Shown one piece after another: positions 54,128 through 64,000 of a stretch of DNA of 64,000 nt. Under the pieces are notes generated by a model that made no database searches, was not told the origin of the DNA, and saw only the letters and a list, made by a program, of their open reading frames with translations. The stretch's first letter is position 1, and the number at the start of each line of letters is the position of its first letter. This DNA is from Octopus vulgaris. Its lineage: Eukaryota. Both the position numbers and the translations under genes were made by a program. The stretch is taken from assembly GCA_951406725.2 (NCBI GenBank), contig OX597837.1:45446001-45510000 (forward strand), in the 5' to 3' direction.

Positions 54128-54223
54128 AAATTGAAGCTGAGGGTTTGACTTGAGTTTCAAACCCCTACACTGAGGACTGCAGTAACGGGAAAGTAGTCGT
54201 GAGACATCTTTCAGCTTCAGTTT
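54128..54223 (+). ncRNA. Multi-helix structure enclosing a degenerate hammerhead
   Basis: 13-bp closing stem aaattgaagctga/tcagcttcagttt, hairpin gggtttga/tcaaaccc, CTGAGGA-ctg(cagtaa)cgg-GAAAG-TA-GTC. Confidence 0.45.
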
Positions 54224-54327
54224 TAATTTTAAAAAAAGCATATCTCCTAGAAAGTGTACTGAACCCTTCCATTTCATCAATAAGATAAAACGACGTACGT
54301 ATATATACGCCTTATATACGCCTGATA

Positions 54328-54693
54328 CGACGACGAGGGTTCCGGTTGATCCGAATCAACGGAACAGCCTGCTCGTGAAATTAACGTGTAAGTGGCTGAG
54401 CACTCCACAGACACGTGTACCCTTAACGTAGTTCTCGGGGATATTCAGCGTGACACAAAGAGTGACTAGGCCGGCCCTTTGAAATACAGGTACAACAGAA
54501 ACAGGAAGTAAAAGTGAGAGAAAGTTGTGGTGAAAGAGTACAGCAGGGATCATCACCATCCCTGCCGGAGCCTCGTGGAGCTTTTAGGTGTTTTCGCTCA
54601 ATAAACACTCACAACGCCCGGTCTGGGAATCGAAACCGCGATCCTATGACCGCGAGTCCGCTGCCCTAACCACTGGGCCATTGCGCCCCCACT
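54328..54693 (-). mobile_element. tRNA-derived SINE family D with an 8-bp TSD
   Basis: Head gtggggcgcaatggcccagtggttagggcagcggactcgcgg; TSD gcctgata at 54320-27 and 54694-701; tail shared with 60727-61020. Confidence 0.9.
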
Positions 54694-54940
54694 GCCTGAT
54701 ATATATACGCCTTATATATATACGCCTTAGCATTGATAAACGTATTTTTTTTACTAGAGGCAAAAAGGCCTGAAATTTTGTAGGAGGGTCCAGTTGATTA
54801 CATCGATGCCAGTGCTCAACTGGAATTTGTTTTGTCAATCCCAAAATGATAAAAAGCAAAGTCGACATCGCTGGAATTTGAACTCAGAAGAAATACCACT
54901 CAGCATTTTGTCCAACGTTCTAACGAGTCAGCCAGCTCTT

Positions 54941-55180
54941 TACTCTCTCATTACTCTTTTACTTGTTTCAGTCATTTGACTGCGGCCATGCTGGAGCACC
55001 GCCTTTAGTCGAGCAAATTATAGAGATTCTGCCTCTTGCTTACGAACCACATGGTTCCGGGTTCAGTCCCACTGCGTGGCACCTTGGGCAAGTGTCTTCT
55101 ACTGTAGCCTCGGGCCGACCAATGCCTTGTGAGTGGATTTGGTAGACGGAAACTGAAAGAAGCCCGTCGTATATATGTAT

Positions 55181-55213
<33 letters not shown>

Positions 55214-55430
55214 CGTGTGTGTCTGTGTGTCTGTGTGTCTGTGTTTGTCCCCCCAACATCGCTTGACAACCGATTCTGGTGTGTTTACGTCCCCGTAACT
55301 TAGCGGTTCGGCAAAAGAGAATGATAGAATAAGTGTAAGGCTTACAAAGAATAAGTCCTGGGGTCGATTTGTTCAACTAAATGCTTTGCCCCAGCATGGC
55401 CACAGTCAAATGACTGAAACAAGTAAAAGT
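54941..55430 (+). mobile_element. SINE family B preceded by an inverted copy of a family B 3' tail
   Basis: 54957-55018 is reverse-complementary to 55367-55429. Confidence 0.85.
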
Positions 55431-56139
55431 GTATACGAGTGATCAAAACGATAATAAAACAGCGGTGACATCACCGATATGTGAGACTACTTTTCAAATC
55501 TATTTACTAACCAATGCTTTGTAAGTGAATTTCATTGAAGGAAAGCAATAGGATGCACGTGTGTGTCTTTCTATTTGGTCCCACCGGCACCACAACCACT
55601 ACCATTTCTTAAGAACTGGTATTTGTATGTTTACTTCCTGCATCTTAGCAGTTCAGCAAAAGAAGACTGATAGACTATGTACCACATTACAAGTTAACTA
55701 CTAGGATTGATAGAATCAATTCTTACCCCCTCCTTGGAATTTAATTCCTTGTAGCAATGTAAGAAATCAATATTGGCTATCAAAGAGATTGAAACGAGAT
55801 TGTTCCGTTACAAGCCATCTTTCGACTCAGGAAAAAGAAAGCCAGCGGAGACATGCAAATTTCTCCTTATCACGTTCAAGGAATTATTCCACATCTCAAC
55901 ACTATGGCACAGAATTTGTGATTTGCCTTTGTTTTTATTGTTATTGTTTATATTAATATTTTGTTTTGAATTTCTATTTCTTTGTTGTTCATATGATTGT
56001 TTTTTTATTTTATATTTTTATCTTTGTTCTTGTTTTCAAACATACGTTTGTTCGACTTGTTCTTGTTGTTTTGTATTAAATTGGTCCGCGAAACAAATGG
56101 TAGCTTGGCCAGCTTGCAATAAAGCATATTTCACCATTC

Positions 56140-56392
56140 TCACTGTTCGACATTAACGTTTGCATATATCTTCACCCATTCCCTTCCGGTCATTTCAATA
56201 TGTGACCGCATGTGTATCGTTGGCGATTTTCTTTCTCCGTCTTCCCTTCTTTGGACTTTTTCTATATTTCTGACGAAGAACTCCGCTCGAAACGTGAAAT
56301 CCTCTATCTTTTCTTTCCTTTCCTGAGCGTCCAATAACACTGTACTTATCCCACGTCGTCGCGTCGTTTTTCGTGTTTGGATTAACTATATA
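56140..56392 (+). mobile_element. HHR mini-element
   Basis: attt-CTGACGA-A-gaac(tcc)gctc-GAAAC-GTG-aaat at 56266-56300; tail ttcctgagcgtccaata...tttggattaacta shared with 46903. Confidence 0.75.
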
Positions 56393-56396
56393 TATT

Positions 56397-56717
<321 letters not shown>

Positions 56718-58392
56718 TGAGATGCGTGTGTGACTGTATGGTTAAGAAACAATGGCAGTTGTTTATTATTGCATCTCTCATAAATTATCGGATCGACCAA
56801 TAGAAAACAATACAATAAATCTGTTGTTTCTGCGACATCAGTTCAACGAATCACCGTTTGTGCCTTCAATAATATACGTCATACTTAAATATGGAGTCGT
56901 TGTAGTGCTAGGAGCTTTGTCCCTGTTCTGGTTATACTTTAGGCCATTCTTTAATTTCTCGACATCCTTCCTGAGTATTTATGACGACGTAAAACTTGTC
57001 GACATTCCGGATACGCATGTATGTTAGTCTTCATTTCATTTTGTTGTCTGTTGTGTCCAAAGAAAGACATAAACATTTCACATGGATAATAACATCATGT
57101 CCGTTTATTAAACCAAAGATACAAATCGATGTATAAACTTATACAGAGACAGCGAATATTCAGATATAAAAATGTCAGTGATAAAAATCTCTACTTAGGA
57201 GAACGTGTCAATTTGTTCTCCACAAACAAAGCACTGGATAAGGAAATCCACGCAGGAAACAGACATTAATCAACGACGTTTAATCCTAATAATCTAATGG
57301 TCTAATTCATAGAACAATAGTCATAAAGACACTGTAACAAGATTTTTAGACACTGGACCAATTTAAAATACGCAAACTACATATAAAGTCACTGACAAAG
57401 TCAATGCATATTTTCACTATAAAACAGACGATCGCATCAACAAAAAACGTCATAAAACAGACGACAGGAATGCATTACGCTGAACACTAAAGTAACACGA
57501 GTGAAATACGGAAGAGCTAACAATAAAAACCTTTTTGTCAATAGCAACTACAATTATTCTTTTATTCTTTTATTCGTTTCAGCCATTCTTGGCTGCGGCT
57601 ATGCTAGAGCACCACCGTTTTGCTTGTTTCATTCATTAGACTGCAGCCATGCTATGGCGCCGCCTTGAAAGATTTTGGCGAAGAAATCCACATCTGTAAT
57701 GACTTTTGTAGCAAGTCTGCTACTTATTCTGTCAGTGTCTTTAACCGAACCGCTAGGTTACGAGACATAAAGAAATCAACACCGATTGTCAAGCGATGGT
57801 AGAGATAAACACACACACACATAGGATGAGCTTCCACACAGTTTCCGTCAACCAAGTTCACTCACAAGGCGTTGATCGTCCGCGGCTATAATAGAAGACC
57901 CTTACCCATGGTGCCGCGCAGTGAGACTGAACTTGATATCACTTGGTTGCAAAACGAATTTCTTAACCACTCAGCCATACCTGTATGACCTATATGATCA
58001 ATGTGATTTATTAAATACGATTGCATGCGTGAAACATATAAGTTTCATAACTGAAAGTGTTGTATTGGCGATACAAGGACAACACTTTCTCACCGGTTCA
58101 CCATGCACCAGAAAGGCATGGAGGATTTATAATGCACTACACAAAACAACAAACAACCAAAACATCAAACTATAAACCATTACTCTTTTAAATATGTAAT
58201 AGACGCAGCGCCAATGTAATGAACATTATCGACCATATATACTTCATGCACAAAGAACATGTATTTTCCGGTAGACTGCGGTGTGGCGTGGTGGAGAATA
58301 CTCTCTCAAAGCGCCGGGTGTTATTTTTGCTTTACTATATATAATGTATGTATGTATGTATGTATGTATATCATTATTCAGTTTTATTTTAA

Positions 58393-58599
<207 letters not shown>

Positions 58600-58674
58600 T
58601 AAAGATTTGTATGTTTCGTTTTCTGTATGCATTCACACGCATATAGTTGCGTGTCCAGACATGTTCATATATAC

Positions 58675-58900
58675 TTAAATGATAAACCTCTGGAAAGTTT
58701 TACAGATGTTTGCAGTTTCAGTAATGTACTGGATCGGTAATCATCAAGTCAGCTTTCCCGTTTCTGGCTTTGAGAAGCCTGATTTCTCAGAATTGGCATT
58801 TAGGCAGTATGTTACATATCCCAGTGCCTCAATAATTACAGCTGTAAACCTGAACTTTCAATTTCGATAGAGTAACCACAAATTTCCCAATAGTTCATAT
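58675..58900 (-). mobile_element. 3' end of a second, distinct RLE-type non-LTR retrotransposon
   Basis: ELLGNLWLLY..KFRFTAVIIEALGYV..L..SEKSGF..LPIQYITETANICKTFQRF; internal stops. Confidence 0.7.
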
Positions 58901-59360
58901 GTACGTATGTATGTATGTATGTATGTATGTATGTATGTATGTATATGTGTATGCATGTATGCATGTATGTATGTATGTATGTATGTATGTATGTATGTAT
59001 GTATGTATGTATGTATGTATGTATGTATGTATGTATATGTGTGTGTGTGTGTATGCATGTGTGCGTGCATGTCTAAGTGTGTGTAAAGTGGTGAACTTGT
59101 AGAATCGTTACCGCACCGGACAAAATGTATAGCGGTGTTTATACCGATTCTTTACGTTCTCGGTGCAAATGCTGCCGCAGTTGACTTTGCAGTTCATCCT
59201 TTGGTGGTCGATAAAATAAATACCTGCTGAACACTGGGAGCGATGTAACAGAGCAAAATTAGAAAGAGTATCTATATTTATGAGTGTAAACGTGAGTGTG
59301 TATTTATATATAAGTAGACACATGAATATATATTTACATGCATGTATATACATATCTGCA

Positions 59361-59421
<61 letters not shown>

Positions 59422-59713
59422 GGGGTAGAGGAGGGAGGATGTGCTTACGTATGTATGCGTGTATACAGACGTTGTAATAAGTTTAGAACCAGTGTAGAAA
59501 TCTTTGAAATTTGTATAATTCGGCTATGAAACAAACGGACGCAAAATAAAACTATTATTTAAGTTCTCCATTAAATATTCAAGAGAAGCCTAATAGTTTA
59601 ATATTGAAATAATCTTTTATTTGAATGTGCTTTAATTTTCATTTTGCGCATAGAATTCAACGTACCATGTATTTAAAACCAGAAGATAAAACGTTATTAT
59701 TGACACAAACAGC

Positions 59714-59774
59714 GATTTTCTATTGAACAAAATATATTCACAGGCTGTGAATATATTTCGTTCAATAGGAAATT
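59714..59774. other. Near-perfect 30-bp-arm hairpin
   Basis: gattttctattgaacaaaatatattcacag-g-ctgtgaatatatttcgttcaataggaaatt. Confidence 0.85.
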
Positions 59775-60128
59775 AGTCTGGCCATAAACGATCATGGTCT
59801 GCCAGAGACTTTGCAGGTAGCGACGGCCTTCAGACAGGAAGAATGGCCGTAACTCAAGCACAAAGTTATATCCTTGTGCAAAACGTTAAAACGTTCGCTT
59901 CGTGTAGATGAACAATATACGTTTACTTTTTCCGTGATCAGGTCGGTTGTTTTCCCATATATGGTGTCGTAACTAGCTTAATTCTATTTGGTTGTCAGAG
60001 AAATTCGTTCCTTTCTTTCCGATGATATTTGAATTGACACAAGAAATATTTAATCGTACCGCTTTTAGCGAATTACTAAGTTACACGGACAGCTGTGGTG
60101 GAGACTAACACAAACTCGCACGAACACA

Positions 60129-60202
<74 letters not shown>

Positions 60203-60493
60203 TACACACATATATAAATATATATGTATGCAGTATGTATGCATATACATATACGACTGGATTCCATACAGCCTTAACTTACGCTAAACATTGTTAGTTG
60301 ATACTAACACACGGACGTAGCGCAGAACCTACAGACATTTCTAAGACCAGTCATGTGACTATCCTCTACCAATCAAATTCTATTCAAAACATATACTAAC
60401 TTGAGCCATGAACTCCCATAAAAGTAGGGCAAGCTTCAAACACTAGTCAGAAGCAAGACAGCTGTGGCATAAGCCAGGATTTTCTATTTCAAA

Positions 60494-60530
60494 TTTTTGA
60501 ACATCAGTGTAACTGTGAAACCGGTTAGAG
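60494..60530 (+). ncRNA. Heavily degenerate hammerhead-like motif
   Basis: ttt-TTGAACA-tcag(tgtaa)ctgt-GAAAC-CG-GTT-agag. Confidence 0.3.
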
Positions 60531-60726
60531 CTTTAAATATAAAAATAAGAAATATCTAAACTATTCTCAGTGCTATTTTCCCTCTGTTTCTACCCGTATG
60601 GAATAAAATAACTTTGTTTTATGTGTGTGTGTATGCGTGTGTGTGTGTATGTATGTATGTATGTATGTATGTATGTATGTATGTATGTATGTATGTATGT
60701 ATGTATGTATGTATGTATGTATGTGG

Positions 60727-61018
60727 GTGAAGGCGCGTGGCTAAGTGGTTAGTGTATTTGGCTCATGATCCTAGGGTCATGAGATCCATTCACATCGACG
60801 TGGAATTGAACTTTATTTCACGTTGCTTCAGTTCACTCAGTTGTATTTGAAAGGGGCCAACCTTGTCACAGTCTGTGTCATGCCGAATCTCCCCGAGAAC
60901 GACGTTATGGGTACGTGTGTCTGTGGAGTACTCAGCCACATGCACGTTAATTTCGCGAGCAGGCTGTTCCATTGATCGGATCAGCTGGAACTCTCATCGT
61001 CGTGACCGACGGACTGCC

Positions 61019-61020
<2 letters not shown>
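60727..61020 (+). mobile_element. tRNA-derived SINE (family E head, family D-type tail)
   Basis: gaaggcgcgtggctaagtggttag...gtctgtggagtactcagccac...gcaggctgttcc...cgtcgtgaccgacgg. Confidence 0.8.
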
Positions 61021-61021
<1 letters not shown>

Positions 61022-61096
<75 letters not shown>

Positions 61097-61183
61097 GGTG
61101 GTAGTAGTAGTAGTAGTAGCAGCAGCAGCAGCAATAGTAGTAGTAGTAGTAGTAGTAGTAGCAGCAGCAGCAGCAGTAGTAGT

Positions 61184-61248
<65 letters not shown>

Positions 61249-61252
61249 CAGC

Positions 61253-61329
<77 letters not shown>

Positions 61330-61332
61330 TAA
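61022..61332 (+). repeat. (TAG)n/(CAG)n microsatellite
   Basis: Direct reading. Confidence 0.95.
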
Positions 61333-61899
61333 TAGTGTATATATAGTCTAGGAATTGAAACCTTGACTTTGCGATCGGGAGTCCAACTCTAACCCAAGAA
61401 GCCCAAGCGCCTTCATGTATGTATATATGTGCGTATATACATACATTTCAGTTTTATACTCGACTCGACATTTCAGTTTCCAGATGTATTAGGTGAGGAA
61501 GGAATTGATTTGCTTCTCTAAAACAAAGGAATACCTACCTATGCTGTGTATATTCAGCTTTTAATAGTGATCCGGGTAATCCTTTCGCAGAGCTATTTCA
61601 ATGCCATCAGTCATCGTGAATGTAACTCACTCTTTGACAAGCATTTTCTTTTACTCCGCCATGTTGGTACTTGCATCTATGCAATAATTCTGAAGCACTT
61701 TGAGAAGTGATTTGAGATTCGATATTCTCTAAGCAATTCTAGGCATTATTCTTGCTGGTTTAATTGAAAGTCTTCTGTCACTTGTGTGGCCATTGTCAAA
61801 GTTTGTCCATCAAAGACAGGAAGTTACTTGTTATATATTTCAAGTAGCATTCGATTGTGGAAGAAAATTCCTATGTCTTTCGTGTGAACTTCCATATTT

Positions 61900-62214
61900 C
61901 TCTTTCGCTTACCTCAGTCATTAGACAACGGCCAAGCTGGGGCACCGCTTTGAAAGGTTCAGTTGAACAAATCAATACTGGTACTTCTTTTTATTTTATT
62001 TTTATGCCTGATGCTTATTCTCCCGGTCATTTGCCAAACTGCTAGGTTACGAGGACGTAAATACAACGACACCGGTTTCCAAGCAGTGGTGGGGAACAAA
62101 CACAAACACAAAGTCGCAAACACACACGCACGCACACACACACTCAAACACAAACACAAAGTTACACACATACATATGTATATACATATACATATATACA
62201 TATATATATGCACG

Positions 62215-62265
<51 letters not shown>

Positions 62266-62395
62266 CGGGTTTCTTTCAGTTTCCGTCTACCAAATTCACT
62301 AATGAGGCCATCGTTGACCGCCCAAAGTGCCATGCAATGGGACTGAACCTGGAACCATATGGTTGGGAAGCAAGCTTCTTACTACTCAGCTACGT
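61900..62395 (-). mobile_element. SINE family B
   Basis: Reverse complement of the family B consensus. Confidence 0.8.
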
Positions 62396-63154
62396 CTGCT
62401 TCAATATATGTACGTGTGTGTGTGTATGTGTGTGTGTGTGCGTGTGCGTGTATGTGTGTGTGTGTGTGTGTGTATGTGTGTGTGCGCGCGTGTGTGTGTG
62501 TGTGGTGTGCTCACGCGCAACGGGCTTCTTCCATTTTCCGCCTACTAAATCCACTCACAAGGATTTGGTTGGTCAGATGATATCGTAGTTGACACTTGTC
62601 CAAGGCGCTGCGCAGGAGGAAAACTATTTTTGTTACTCCAGCATTTTAATAAATGTGGCTTTGATAAATATGATGTCGGATGAGAGCTTCTATATTTTTC
62701 AGTTAATATTGGCTGTTATTATTGGCTGCAGCGACTTGGCAGAATCGTTAGCAACGTCGGGAAAACAGCTTGATCTGAGTTCAAATTCCTCCTAGGTCGA
62801 CTTTGCTGTTCATTCTTTTGGGATTTATGAAATAAGCACCATATAATTGTGGAAAGAAGGCTTGAGTCCTCATTGAAATATATATGGTTTCCTTGATTGA
62901 TATGGTTTAGAGATGCTTGTATTTTATCCACGACTTTTTCTGAAATTTTTTTTCTTGAGACTTTTTCTGAGTAGTATTTTTATATTCTGTATATTCATTT
63001 GCTTAGCAGGATTGGAAGCGATACCAGACATAATACCCAGTGATATTTTGCCGATTTCTGAATTCAAATCCCACGATGTCGCCTCTACCTTCTGTTGGGG
63101 AATAAGATAAGAACCAATAACACTGTGTAACAAAAATAATTTTGTTTTTGTGTG

Positions 63155-63542
63155 TTTGGTCAGTAAGTATTATTTCCTATTTGCTTCTGTCTAGAAATCA
63201 AAGGAAATGACTACTATCCCCTTCACACTTTGCTTTTGTCACCTGGACATCAATGTTTTGAAACTGATCTATTTTCCATTGCATCTCAGACAGATTCGGT
63301 GCTGAGTTGCTGAAGCAGAAATTTTCTAAAACTTTCTAGAAGTTTCTAAAAGTTTCAAGAATTTCTGGAACGTTTTGGCAACTTAGATAGCAGTATAAAT
63401 ACAGGGATCGTTAGCTCAACAGTCCAGTTTACTTTTAGTTGTCCAAGTTGAGACAAGTTTGAGGAAAGCGAAGTTTGAAAAATCAGCCATTTTTCTTACT
63501 TTCTAGGGATAAGCAAATAAGAAAAAACAGTTGCTGACCAAG
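63155..63542 (+). mobile_element. Mariner-derived MITE with ~58-bp degenerate TIRs
   Basis: tttggtcagtaagtattatttcctatttgctt... pairs with ...aagcaaataagaaaaaacagttgctgaccaag; internal tttctagaa repeats and TATAAATA. Confidence 0.7.
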
Positions 63543-63599
63543 TCAAAAATCGTGCTATACAGTATAATTAATGTAATCTATTGTCCCATTCGGCTAAGT

Positions 63600-63835
63600 C
63601 ATCCCAGAATGAAGATTAAAATGAGCAGGTCACATATTCGGGTGAACAACGCCATTTTAAAACAGCTTAATGGAGACGACCGGATGGAAGGAATAAAGGG
63701 GGGAATATCGAAAACTATATGACCGAAAATATTCATAACTGACAAGAGAGGGGCCAATATCACATGTCCAGATATAGAGAAAACTGTTGTCAATAGAAAC
63801 CACTGGCGTCAACATGCTGTTCACTGAGCTCGAGA
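63600..63835 (+). mobile_element. Probable RTE-clade LINE 3' end, decayed
   Basis: HIR..ILKQL.G..EG.KGG..K..*..TD...IT..D.E...NRNHWRQ resembles RTE C-termini. Confidence 0.4.
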
Positions 63836-64000
63836 GTACAGAAGGACCTAAAATTAAGACTATATCCCACCACGACCATCACTCCACTTTATATAATCGT
63901 CGTCTCGTAATCGAAGAAATCTTTCTTTGCTATTAATTATATTATAAAAATAAAAAAGTAAACATGACCTTTTGTAAATAGTAGCCATTTTTTTTCTTTA

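Overview
Eukaryotic, AT-rich DNA saturated with microsatellites. The tRNA-derived SINE families and the (TA)n/(CA)n/(TATG)n density point to a cephalopod, probably an Octopus intron or intergenic region (inference). Nearly all ORFs in the supplied track are microsatellite artefacts. Recognisable content: several tRNA-derived SINE families (some with clean TSDs); decayed DNA transposons (maT DD37D, Tc1 DD34E, Tigger/pogo, mariner and hAT MITEs); two RLE-type LINE 3' ends and a probable RTE 3' end; a Penelope-like element (PLE) linker/GIY-YIG remnant; one plausible 327-nt coding exon (minus strand); and two promoter-like motif clusters. The main hidden signal is about 25 minimal type-I hammerhead ribozyme (HHR) motifs on both strands, intact to degenerate, with the pattern helix I - CUGANGA - helix II - GAAAC - palindromic helix III - GUH - helix I. 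They sit in short non-coding elements often embedded in (TA)n tracts and repeatedly arranged as fold-back palindromes, inverted pairs or tandem arrays. This looks like a diverse population of non-autonomous PLE/retrozyme-like mini-elements, some with recurring atypical catalytic cores. All structures were read by eye; no folding or database search was run.
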